Program-made: the position numbers and the translations under genes
Assembly: GCA_053919585.1 (NCBI GenBank)
Contig: CM132809.1
DNA length: 64,000 nt
Reading direction: 5' to 3' (one strand)
Source: Euprymna scolopes
Lineage: Eukaryota
Shown here: positions 1-10,672 of the stretch, in pieces
Layout of the letters: each line of letters opens with the position of its first letter
How positions within the stretch are numbered: position 1 is the stretch's first letter
The notes under the pieces: generated by a model
Seen by the model: the letters and a program-made list of their open reading frames with translations, nothing else
What the model was told of the DNA's origin: nothing
The model's database searches: none

Positions 1-360
1 CACACAAAATCTTCCTGCCTTCTCGGATTAGCTGAATTCTAATGGCGCGTGTTTTAGTATACGAATAATATAATAGCAATGACAAAAAACAACGGAATAA
101 AAATCTAAAGACCCACTAGGAAGAAGAATTAATTACAAATAAATCCAATCCTTTCCAATAATAATAGAGGTGGTTATATACATACATACGCTCAATCACT
201 CGCGCACATACAAACATTTGCAAATCATTCTTTATTTAATAACTATCTGTAAAGTAAATTTCAAGTAGGTAGGATAACCAGTTAAATATTACGAGGTTCA
301 TACAAGAGTGCTCAAAACAGAAGTAGAGCAGGTTACATTAGTCTTTACATAAGCAGTATT

Positions 361-432
361 TTGTTGCTACACAGTCATGAGCATGTTTCGGTCTACTAGT
401 ATTTACTAACTAGAGACCTCATCAGGCAACAA
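361..432 (-). ncRNA. Type I hammerhead ribozyme (family A, intact core)
   Basis: Minus strand: stem I TTGTTGC, CTGATGA, stem II GGTCT-CTAGT...ACTAG-T-AGACC, GAAA, stem III ACAT...GTGT, GUA triplet, stem I' GCAACAA. Predicted cut between 368 and 367. Confidence 0.85.
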
Positions 433-466
433 ACCTTATTTCCGAAAACGTTTTCGAAAATAAGGG

Positions 467-538
467 TTGTTGTCTGATGAGGTCTCTTGTTAATAAATAC
501 TAGTAGACCGAAACATGATTATGACTGTGTGGCAACAA
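467..538 (+). ncRNA. Hammerhead copy, family A, probably inactive
   Basis: Same fold as 361-432, but the cleavage triplet is GUG, which breaks the NUH rule. Confidence 0.7.
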
Positions 539-563
539 ACTACTGCTTATGTAAAGACAAATG

Positions 564-569
564 TATATA

Positions 570-624
<55 letters not shown>
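564..624. repeat. (TA)n microsatellite
   Basis: Direct reading. Similar tracts lie at about 3121, 3802, 5282, 6705, 7539, 9884, 10619, 15571, 61387 and 61735. Confidence 0.95.
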
Positions 625-627
<3 letters not shown>

Positions 628-1099
628 GATTTTTAGATGATTATATATTTTTCTGTAACCGAGCGTTATGAACTTTTGAACACTGTTTGTATTTGTTTTT
701 GTTTTTGAATATTACTTCTTTATTCCGAGTGAATCAGATGATTATTGTTGCCATTTGTCTTCCGATATCTTTTTAGTTAGAATTTCTTATAGAAAGGCAT
801 AAGTTTTGTTATGGGAGAGACTATGTGTATGTTGCCAAAATTCCTAAGTGAAAGTGTTCGTTTGAAGTGAACTGAATTCGAATTTGACACACCCAGGTTG
901 TCAGTCTTTGTACTTTGACCTCCGTAACTTCCCTTCATCCAAGTGGAGTCCTTATTTAGCTTTTTTATTTAATTTCTAAGCAAGGCAGGTAAAGAAATGG
1001 TGTTGGAGTACTTCGTGAAAATCCAGATCCCTCTGATGTAACTGTCCAGTTATTTTTACTTACTCACTAGGAGTAGTCACACAGGCCACCATCAAAGAT

Positions 1100-1821
1100 A
1101 TCTCGTTGAGGACAACTTATAGTGTTTCCGGGAGTCCGAGTGACAACAAGTTTTCCTAGATTTCCAGTTCTATTCACCTCTTTCGATAACCTTTGCAAAC
1201 GAATTTGAGCTATCGCAACAGCCGCTTTATCATTATTATTATTATTATTATTGTTGTTGTTGTTGTCAATCCGATTAAGCCATTTATGGTGGCTTTTTTG
1301 TCATGCTCCCAAGCTCTTCAATCACAAAAGGATTCACCTTGACTGTCATACAGTTCGAGGTGTTGCTATATTATTATTATTTCATAATATTCTTAACTTT
1401 ATGATGTTTTTTTTTAAACATTCAAGCTATACCTTAACACTTTCGCTGTTCCCAAAAGGCAAGCCTTTTGTAAAATTGTAAAAGAAATTGTCTTGTCAAT
1501 CTGATTAAGCCATTTGTGGTGGCTTTTTTGTTATGGTCCCAAGCGTTCCAATCACAATGGGTACCACCTCCACTTCTTTACATTTCCAGAGTCTAACTAA
1601 TTCCCATTTAAGATCTTGGTATTTATTTTTTTTCTTGTTCTTTCTCTCGAACTCTGGTATCGAAAGGCCAGCCTACGTCAATAATTGAGCAAGTTCTCTT
1701 GTTTTTATTTAGTACGATTATACCAGGTCTTGAGTGTTCAAGTACCTTAGCCGTCTGTATGTGCATATCCCAAAGAAGTTTGACATTGTCGTTTTCCTGC
1801 ATAACTTCTGGTGTATGCTCA
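1100..1821 (-). mobile_element. R4/Dong-like non-LTR retrotransposon 3' fragments (RLE endonuclease domain)
   Basis: Minus-strand 1821-1500 translates, with a frameshift, to EHTPEVMQENDNVKLLWDMHIQTAKVLEHSRPGIIVLNKNKRTCSIIDV..PFD...KYQDLKWELVRLWKCKEVEVVPIVIGTLG, typical of the C-terminal restriction-like endonuclease. A segment near 1265-1330 duplicates 1495-1560. A (TAA)n tract lies at 1232-1250. Confidence 0.75.
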
Positions 1822-1970
1822 NNNNNNNNNNNNNNNNNNNNNNNNNNNNNNNNNNNNNNNNNNNNNNNNNNNNNNNNNNNNNNNNNNNNNNNNNNNNNNN
1901 NNNNNNNNNNNNNNNNNNNNNNNNNNNNNNNNNNNNNNNNNNNNNNNNNNNNNNNNNNNNNNNNNNNNNN
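1822..1970. other. Assembly gap (others at 4346-4550, 6368-6503, 31434-31573)
   Basis: Runs of N. Confidence 0.99.
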
Positions 1971-3120
1971 TGACTTGCTATTTTTCAGTCTATTTCACCA
2001 TTTCTAGCGTTTGGATCTAGATACAAGAACAAAGTATATTTTCGTTTGCGAAATTTTGTGTGACGGTACAGATATATACTAATTTATTAACAAGTAAAAG
2101 CACAATATCCTTTCCACTAATGTGCAATGGCGTTGCAGTAATAGTTATAAAAAAAACTCCCGAAAAAAGAAGAATGGTTTCCTCCTCGATATTAAGCAAC
2201 GATGCATGACTAAGAAAACATTTTCTTTTCTTAGTATACACGTGGAATTCAAGTGTACGGCTAAGAAACTTGGTAAATGAGAGCAAATGACCTATGAACG
2301 TTTGGGGTATTCGATTAATACTGTTAACGTCGCATCGTTCGTGTCCCTTAGAAATAGTTCATCTGTAATTCTGATGTCTGTTCTCGCTGCAAAAAGCTCT
2401 CTTCACGAAACGTCTTCGTTGGTTTCGTCTCGCTCTTCGTCGACAGCCAGAGGATTTAATTCACAAAGTCATTGACCAACCCCTCTTCAGTGTTGAAAAA
2501 AGCGATTCACAAGCCAACTGAAAATGTGACTCAGGACGATGAAGCAGGATGCCGAACTAATTCTGGGTCTTCGTTTTCATGGTGTTGGCCGCTCGAACCG
2601 AGATTGGCTAACGCTCGAATCTTCTTCTACAGTAAACTGTCGCGCATGGTCAGCATTCATTTTGGACACGGTAAATTCTGTGGATGGAGCCGGTCCAACC
2701 GCTCCAGGGTGAATGCCGAAACAAATCGATACAAGAATACACACGTGAGATGGTTCGTTTGTGTGAGCGTGTGGATTTCAATTTCCTTTTTATATCGTAT
2801 CGGTCTCCGGCTACATTCATCGATAGATTACGGGCACGAATGCCACAGTTGACGCATATGCTAAATAAAATAAAGATTAGCCTGCAGGCAGAAAACTATC
2901 GTAAAAGGAGGGGAAACAAACAGTGAAAGCATAGCGAGGACATGGAAAGAACTCGCTCCAGAGTGTCCGTCACTTTATTGTAATGGAAGCCAAAGTAATA
3001 CCCATCGGCATGATGTCTCCTTCTCTACAGAGTAGAATCGCTATTTTGCAATACGCGTATGCATTTCAACTGAATAAAAATACCACTAATAAGGATATTA
3101 AGTGAGAAAACAATTAAATG

Positions 3121-3180
<60 letters not shown>

Positions 3181-3321
3181 TATATGTGTGTGGGTGTGTG
3201 TGTATGTGTGCCTTGTTCCACCATTTTACTTTAATTCTTTTTGACTTATGGCTATTCGTTACACTTCTCCCTTCTACACAATTTTATTTTTTAACTTATA
3301 CATATACATGTATATACACAA

Positions 3322-3352
<31 letters not shown>

Positions 3353-3375
3353 TATATATATACATATATATATAT

Positions 3376-3540
3376 GACTACTTCATTTAATCACATAAAT
3401 CAATATACGAAAGTATAATTTTATGCGTAAACTTTTAAGTATTTACTTCAACAGTGCCAATACGTAGTTAGAGCAAGGTAGTAAGTTCTAAAATATATAT
3501 GGTAATTAAGCTACCCAAGTTAATTTCCATATATTATAAA
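3376..3540 (-). mobile_element. Family B PLE pLTR-like fragment with short degenerate fold-back
   Basis: Matches 9637-9773 up to TAAGCTAC, then a short inverted arm (GTTAATTTCCATATA). It follows a TA/CA microsatellite. Confidence 0.65.
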
Positions 3541-3798
3541 AAAAAATCTTTAAAAAACTTGGAAGGATGAAATGTAAGTAAAATATGTTCTCATGTTTTT
3601 CCTTATAAGGGAAATGGATTCCATATTGTTCATTGAACAAGTGTTTATTTATTCAACACGTCTGATGAAAGGCTGTTCTCGTGAAGATTTTCAAACGATA
3701 TAGGGTTTGAATCTGTCCGAATAGTCTTGTAACTAACGATGAAATAAACTATATGTTGATATCCATATATTCCTGGATGTCTTGATTGTGTTAAAACA

Positions 3799-3849
<51 letters not shown>

Positions 3850-3949
3850 CATATATATGTATGTCGCATGAAATTATATTTTCGTAAATTAATTTATTTA
3901 ATTAAATGAAATAGTAATATATATGTGTATATATATGTATATGTATGTG

Positions 3950-3988
<39 letters not shown>

Positions 3989-4847
3989 GTATAAGTGGAG
4001 AGAGAGAGAGAATAGGGAGAGGATGAGAGAGAGTTAGAAAATGACTATATTGTAGATGCAGATGTGTTTCGGCTTTTGTATTTCTGTTTTAATTCGGTCA
4101 TTTCTTTTCTTTTTACCACATCCTAACGTCCATAATTTCCCGCAAACCATTTCGCGTGCTTCCTTATTTCTCGGTCGATAAAAGAAATGGCTGATACGGA
4201 TAGGTGAATTGAAAACTTATTGAAAGAATATTAATCCGAGGAAGCGGGGCGCCACGAGATTAAAATTGAAAAGCCGATTAAAAGTAGAAAATTGGAATAT
4301 TCTAATTACTAATCTGAAGAGTTGATCAACAAATACACACACAAGNNNNNNNNNNNNNNNNNNNNNNNNNNNNNNNNNNNNNNNNNNNNNNNNNNNNNNN
4401 NNNNNNNNNNNNNNNNNNNNNNNNNNNNNNNNNNNNNNNNNNNNNNNNNNNNNNNNNNNNNNNNNNNNNNNNNNNNNNNNNNNNNNNNNNNNNNNNNNNN
4501 NNNNNNNNNNNNNNNNNNNNNNNNNNNNNNNNNNNNNNNNNNNNNNNNNNCCATGGATTTCTGCCTTTGGATTATTATGGACTATCTTCTTCCAATTACG
4601 GGATTTCCTTGGATTTTACTTGTACAAATGGAAATTCTTTTAACTTTCTTGAAGTTTTACATTTAGATTTTACCGTCACTGGATTTTTTATCTTCCACCA
4701 GACTATTCATTCGTGTGTAATCATCTTTTTCTTTACCATATTCCCTCTGCTTAACTTTTTTTGTATTCAAGTAAGATCTTTGACTTACTTGTTGTTTCAT
4801 CAAATACTTCTGCATGCAAAATCCGATCCCGCATTTTGCTAATTCCT

Positions 4848-4898
4848 ACCCTCTGATGAGAAAGAAAGTATTTCTTCGAAACTCCACGGGTTAAGGAC
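4848..4898 (+). ncRNA. Degenerate hammerhead-like motif
   Basis: CCCT CTGATGA GAAAGAAAGTATTTCTTC GAAA CTC-CAC-GGGT T AAGG. The core and stems II and III can form, but stem I has a mismatch. Confidence 0.45.
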
Positions 4899-5277
4899 TA
4901 TCAATTTATCTAGAGTTTCCTTTTCAGATTAAATATGTTTTCACTCATTTCAAAGTGTTTTTAACATATTTTATTAACTGTTTGCCTATATATAAATATA
5001 AATGACAATTAAGCTAGTGTGGATTCCTCGGGCTATAGCATGATATCATGTTAACGTGTGGTTTTATATAATTATGTAATGTTGTTTGCTAGTTAGTTAA
5101 TCGGATACTTCATTATTTCCGAGACTGTTTTCCCGAGTAAATGATCTTGTATTTATCAGGCAAAGGTTCAATACACCTGCAATTCACCTCTTTCTTTGTT
5201 CATTTCTTATTTATTTAATAGTTTTAATATTTCTAACAAATCCAGGTTTGCAGTAGAACGACGTATTTTTCTAAAAG

Positions 5278-5351
<74 letters not shown>

Positions 5352-6503
5352 GCGCGAAAGGTTGTCATATTCTTGCAGTTTTAAGCAGTCATATTTTACG
5401 GACGAACCGGTAGTGTCATATCGATTCAGTCAAGCAAGTTATTTAGATAATCCCTTAAGGCATCGTGTTATGACCGTGGGAATTGCTACTACTGTATCAA
5501 TGTCCGTTTATCATTCCTTTTTTTTATTGCTCAGTGTCATTTGGGACGTTACGGTCCGAGTAGTTTATTAGAAATAGCTAGGACCATTATTAGTTCATTA
5601 TAAATAAACTTCCTCTCCCGTTGTAGTCAGAGTAATAATGTTAGGGATAATTTCTTTCTTGAACTTAAGTAAACTACTATTAGACAAAAGTAGTTCTTTT
5701 GTCTTTGTTGCGTAAGCAGCCATTGTCATCGTCTTATTTGGTACGTAACCGGTTTCAATTAAACAAAATATGTCCAGTGAGACTTTTTCGATCTGTAACT
5801 TAAGGCCCTTTGGAAGAAAGATCCAATTATCTATTTTTATACGAAAGCTGAGGCAATAACGTTTGTTTCGTAATAGTTTTTGACTAAGCTGGTTAATAAT
5901 ACTATGTCTGCTTGTTGTCTGTCTCCATATTTTACAACCATATATTTTTCAAAACTAAACGTCGCTGAGCGGTGCAAGATGCTTAAAATGATTTGCTTTT
6001 TATGATCCGTTCTTTTATTGGACTTCAGCCAGTTAAAGTAGTTTTAAGGGGTTAAAAAGATGTCAAAATTGAAAAAAAAATCATCATACATTTTTACATT
6101 TATCTCATTTTATTTAAAACAGTGTACATGCGTGTCACGTTGATACAGTGGTAACGTTACCAGCTTTGAATGACACAATTTTGCCTTCGGTTTCTATTTT
6201 AGCTGATGGCGGCCAAATACTTTTTTTTTACTGCTGAAATAATACATACGAAACCTGAACATATTAAAATATCATATTAAAGTGTATTTTACAACTGGAA
6301 AAAGCCGCCTCCTCCCGCTAGTTGATTTATAACTTAAGATCATATTTTTCATTTTTTGCAGTTTCTANNNNNNNNNNNNNNNNNNNNNNNNNNNNNNNNN
6401 NNNNNNNNNNNNNNNNNNNNNNNNNNNNNNNNNNNNNNNNNNNNNNNNNNNNNNNNNNNNNNNNNNNNNNNNNNNNNNNNNNNNNNNNNNNNNNNNNNNN
6501 NNN

Positions 6504-6704
6504 AAATATATATATGGCAATTAAGCTACACAGAATATTCCGCGGTTAATCCACGCTAGGACTCATCAGGCTTAATTGCCATATATAGTTATAACTTACT
6601 ACATGGCCCTACCTACGTATTGAGCACTGTTGAAGTAAATACTTAAAGTTTATGCATAAAATTTTACTTTCGTATATTAGTTTATATGATTTAATTAAGT
6701 AATC
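6504..6704. mobile_element. Family B fold-back cassette with sense-arm hammerhead missing
   Basis: An antisense arm at 6504-6574 carries a degenerate core. It joins at GCTTA (6570-6574) to the sense sequence that follows the cleavage site, and ends in (TA)n. Confidence 0.7.
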
Positions 6705-6759
<55 letters not shown>

Positions 6760-7364
6760 CAGTGTTTTTTATAGTTGAATGTGCTTTTGTGGTCATAGTA
6801 TCGGGTACATTCAACAATAAAAAACACCGTATGAAAACAACACTAGGGAATAAATACTGGGAAGTCAAAGAAAGCGGACATTCGCCGGTAGTCGAATGGA
6901 AAATAATAAGACAAGCTACCACGTGTAGGGACCTAGACGACCCATGTAGATTATGCCTTCATGAAAAATTTGCTATCCTGTACTTTAAAGAACCCCAACA
7001 TCTATTAAACTGTAGAAGAGAAATAGCAAACAACTGTGTTCACAAGATAAAATTTACTCTAGGATAGCGATACAAAATAGTCTTAAAACTACGAAAAACA
7101 ATAGAAAATAAACAAATAAATACATTAAATAAACATGAATATACATAAATGTCACACATATATGTTTGTATATATATATGTATACATATGTGCATATATG
7201 TATGTACACATATATATATTTATATATAAACTAACATTAAAAAAAACACACTAACCTAGTTTTAAAACAGATCAAGAAACTAAATAGAGCACACACAAAG
7301 GAACAGGTTAACCAGAGGCAAAAAAGGCTTTTGTCCGATAAATGCATGCTCATTTGCTGATAGG

Positions 7365-7457
7365 AAGGGCGCGGTGGATACTAGAAAGCTGATTGGCTAA
7401 CTAAAATCTCAATAGAAGAGGAGCATATAAAAACGATAAACAACCACAGAATTCGCG
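7365..7457 (+). promoter_or_regulatory. Putative internal Pol II promoter of the family B pLTR
   Basis: GC-box-like GGGCGCGG near 7367, reverse CCAAT (ATTGG 7392-7396) and TATAAAA 7426-7432, about 30 nt upstream of the hammerhead's 5' end. Confidence 0.5.
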
Positions 7458-7459
7458 CA

Positions 7460-7512
7460 TAAGCCTGACGAGTCCTAGAGTGGGTGAAACGCGGAATATT
7501 CAGTGTAGCTTA
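7460..7512 (+). ncRNA. Type I hammerhead ribozyme (family B)
   Basis: TAAGC CTGACGA GTCC-TAGAGT-GGGT GAAA CGC...GTGT A GCTTA. GUA triplet, cut after 7507. Stem II has two G-U pairs. Confidence 0.8.
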
Positions 7513-7535
7513 ATCGCCATATATATTTTATAAAT

Positions 7536-7572
<37 letters not shown>

Positions 7573-7576
<4 letters not shown>

Positions 7577-7733
7577 GTTATAAAATGTATATGGCGATTA
7601 AGCTACACTGAATATTCCGCTTTTCATCCTAACTAGCTCTACCTACGTATTGAGCACTTTTGAAGTAAATACTTAAAGTTTACGCATAAATCTATACTTT
7701 CGTATATTAATTTTATGTGAGTAAATTAAGTAG
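7573..7733. mobile_element. Family B rearranged fold-back fragment
   Basis: An antisense arm at 7573-7629, truncated in stem II, is fused to the sense 3' part at 7630-7733. It is flanked by (TA)n and (TG)n. Confidence 0.65.
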
Positions 7734-7734
7734 T

Positions 7735-7807
<73 letters not shown>

Positions 7808-8439
7808 GTGTGTGTGTGTGAAAGGGATTCGTAATGATGGACTAAAAATACTATGAAATAAGATATTTGGTCGAAGTCGAAAAATGTTGCCATTGTTTTC
7901 TGTTCCATAATTATTTACGCGTATTCCCCAAAGAAGCCTCATTTACTTAATTCATAATTACAGCCATCATCTTTTAAAAATTGGGCGTAATACGACTTTG
8001 GAGAAATTAAATCCGTCGTTTCTGAAATGTACGCTCGAATTGAAAACAAAACTATTTAAAAAAATAACCAATCATTTCAGCCTGAAACACGAGATATCTG
8101 TTTGGCTCCTCTGTTTCACATTTAATAAACATCTCTGAAATGGTAATGAAAAACGTCAAAGTGTATTAATATTCTTCTTCTATACAACATTTTGAAAAGT
8201 GTTACTTTTATAGCAGTGTAGTTCGGTTTGAATGCTTGTAATTTGCAAAAGAGACCGAAACAGTTCGACACTTACCAACTCTCAGCTGAATAAAATAACA
8301 TATATTTCTTTCTTTCCCGCGCTAACTTAAGGTCAGGGTAAATTATTATCTATTATTATTAATTATCTATTAGTGCCATGTTTTATAACTTGATTGTAAT
8401 TGCTAAATGAAGCAACTTTTATACTGGATGATTCGGGCA

Positions 8440-8560
8440 ACTCTTCTCATCTTTAATATTATTCGCACAATGTTTCAGCCGATGTAAGCTTCGACCTTCT
8501 TCAGGTGTATCTTACCAAATCCGGAATTTGAACGGAATTTTGACCTCAACCATTTATTTA
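8440..8560 (-). repeat. Interspersed repeat with degenerate minimal hammerhead-like motif (second copy ~28165-28270)
   Basis: Minus: CAC CTGAAGA AGGTCGA...TCGGCT GAAACATTGTG. The second copy reads CAC CAGAAGA...GAAACGTTGTG. Both share a flanking TTYGAACGGAA segment. Confidence 0.45.
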
Positions 8561-9059
8561 ACCTTCCGTCAATTTTGATTGGATCGACATCTTATGAAAT
8601 TCCCAAGTGTATTCTTTGTATCGCCAGCACTTCGGATAGAAACTTCAACCCCAAGAACAGTGGCACAATCATAGTATGAAGTTTAGGATATTTTAATCTG
8701 TTCTTGTCTTGGCATGTTTTCAAACGACCGAAACGTCGTGAAGTGTAGTATCAGAACAGATACTACGCTTTTTCCTAGCCAAAAGGCAAATTATTAGGAG
8801 AAAGGTTAATAAAAGATTTCAACCTCCTCAGCTAGCAAAAGTACACGTCGTTGACTGGGTTCAAAAACAGCCAACAAAAAATGAACTCTAATTTATGAAA
8901 GTATGATAGGTTATGAAAAGGAAGGGTTATAAATTTGGGTTGAATTTGGAGGGTATCAAAACCAAAGCAAAATATTATGAAAGTAAAAATAAAATAGATA
9001 AACCTCATAATTTATTATACCATACCAGTTCACACTTAAACACTTATTACAATATTTTG

Positions 9060-9563
9060 TGGATCTATATTAAAAAAAACCCTTGTTAAATTTTGTGACA
9101 TATTTCCATTCTATGGACGGCAGGCGCGAACGAACACCCCAAAATTTTATTATACCATATTTTTTTTCAAACTGAAACATAATTATCAAAGTATACTTAC
9201 GCAAATGGATATGAAAAGTCTTTATTAAAGTGTTTGCCTATTTCCATTCTATGGAAGCCAGAGGCGAACGCAGACCCCACAATTTTATTATACAATCCCT
9301 ATTTAAGTTAAAACATGCTTATCAAAAAAAATATTATGTACATCTAGATAAAAACCTCTTGTAAACGTTTTTTTTTTTTTAATTTTAAAATTTTTTATTT
9401 CCATAATTTGTGGACCAGGCGCGTACGCAGACCCTACGATTTTAATTAATCATCATTATGCCGGATCAAACATACGCATTCCTTTGTCTCGATACATCTT
9501 CTATCATTATATGTGACCAGTTTTCTATAATAGTCAACCATATAGGAGCCTATTCGTGACCAG

Positions 9564-9596
<33 letters not shown>

Positions 9597-9625
9597 GACA
9601 CAGAAGTTCAGCTTTATATATATAT
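9060..9625 (-). mobile_element. Non-autonomous Helitron-like element with internal subrepeats
   Basis: Three diverged units of about 140-160 bp (ATTTCCATTCTATGGA..GGCGCGAACG..ACCCC) at ~9100, 9240 and 9400, a (CA)n tract and a CAGCTTTATATATA end. A related motif lies near 34680. Confidence 0.45.
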
Positions 9626-9636
9626 ATATATATACA

Positions 9637-9880
9637 TACTTCATTAACTCACACAAATTTAATATACGAAAGTATAGATTTATGCGTAAACTTTAAGTAT
9701 TTACTTCAAAAGTGCTCAATACGTAGATAGAGCTAGTAAGTAATTTATAAAATATATATGGCGATTAAGCTACACTGAATATTCTGCGTTTCATCCACTG
9801 TAGGATTCGTCAGGCTTATGCGCATAAGCCTGACGAATCCTACAGTGGATTAAACGCAGAATATTCAGTGCAGCTTAATC

Positions 9881-9891
<11 letters not shown>
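9637..9891. mobile_element. Family B fold-back cassette, best-preserved copy
   Basis: Near-perfect palindrome 9752-9891 with axis TGC|GCA at 9821/9822. The long arm extends to 9637. (TA)n lies on both sides. Confidence 0.85.
9766..9818 (-). ncRNA. Type I hammerhead ribozyme (family B, intact)
   Basis: Minus: TAAGC CTGACGA ATCC-TACAGT-GGAT GAAA CGC...GTGT A GCTTA. The mirror copy at 9825-9877 has GAAA>TAAA and GTA>GCA. Confidence 0.85.
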
Positions 9892-9920
<29 letters not shown>

Positions 9921-9931
<11 letters not shown>

Positions 9932-10617
9932 ACCTTGTGTGTGCGTGAGGCCCGTCTTCATATGTTCTTAAACGGCTGAGCTTATCTTTTGCAAATTTCA
10001 CACAAAGGTAATTTATTTGTCTGACGGTGTTCTTAGATATGCTTGGTACAGAAATTCATCCGATAAATATCGAAAATCGAAAAGATCCTATCCTAAAAAT
10101 ACTCTTTTTCTCATAGATATAAAGGGGGAATTTTTATACGTTCCACCGGCAAGAGGGATTATAAAATTCTAGCAAATAATTTTTGTGCTAGATCGAATTA
10201 TTCCTGTTAAACCGTAGGTGTACCTCACCATTTTATTATATTTTATTTTATTAATGAGTTTAATTTACGATTAAAATAGATTTACCATTAAAATCGCTGC
10301 AAATCATTTCTTCGTTGGCATATTGTAAAACTAAACATTAATCAGGAGTGAATTTTCCAGGGCATCTATCGCCAAACCCAAATATCAGTTGACGTGATAT
10401 TGTAAACAAAGGCAGATGTGATGAAGCGTTATTATTTTATTATAATTTTGCTGATTTTATTATAATTTTGCTGATTAGTTCACCGGGCAAATTATTTCTC
10501 GTACTATATAATATTCAATAGTAGATTGATTCTATAATAATATATATGCAATTGCCATAAATTAAAATATCATGTTTAAGCGTATTTTACGACCAGGGAA
10601 CGCCGGGCGTCCAGCTA

Positions 10618-10618
<1 letters not shown>
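9921..10618 (+). mobile_element. Non-autonomous Helitron
   Basis: 3' GC-rich hairpin-like CCAGGGAACGCCGGG followed by CTAG|T (10615-10618). The 5' end merges into (TA)n. Its 3' part is homologous to 39860-40405. Confidence 0.7.

Positions 10619-10668
<50 letters not shown>

Positions 10669-10672
<4 letters not shown>

Larger units (their letters stand above)
334..565. mobile_element. Fold-back (inverted-repeat) cassette, PLE pLTR-like, hammerhead family A
   Basis: Arms 334-449 and 450-565 are imperfect reverse complements around CGAAAAC|GTTTTCG. Each arm has a hammerhead core. The right arm runs directly into (TA)n. Confidence 0.8.
6790..7540 (+). mobile_element. 5'-truncated Penelope-like element: endonuclease C-terminus, 3' region and pLTR with hammerhead
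   Basis: The ORF end TTLGNKYWEVKE...VEWKII...CRLCLHEKFAIL...LLNCRREIANNCVH (stop at 7067) resembles invertebrate PLE GIY-YIG C-termini. A hammerhead follows at 7460-7512, and (TA)n lies on both sides. Confidence 0.75.

Noticed and set aside
3661-3730. CTGATGA as another hammerhead
   Set aside because: No stem II followed by GAAA could be formed.
4314-4345. CTGAAGA-GTTGATCAAC as a hammerhead
   Set aside because: GAAA is absent and the sequence runs into a gap, so it cannot be assessed.
1699-6559. ORFs containing X runs
   Set aside because: They are artefacts of N gaps.
3186-7942. IYIYIY / HTHTHT ORFs
   Set aside because: They are translations of (TA)n and (CA)n microsatellites.
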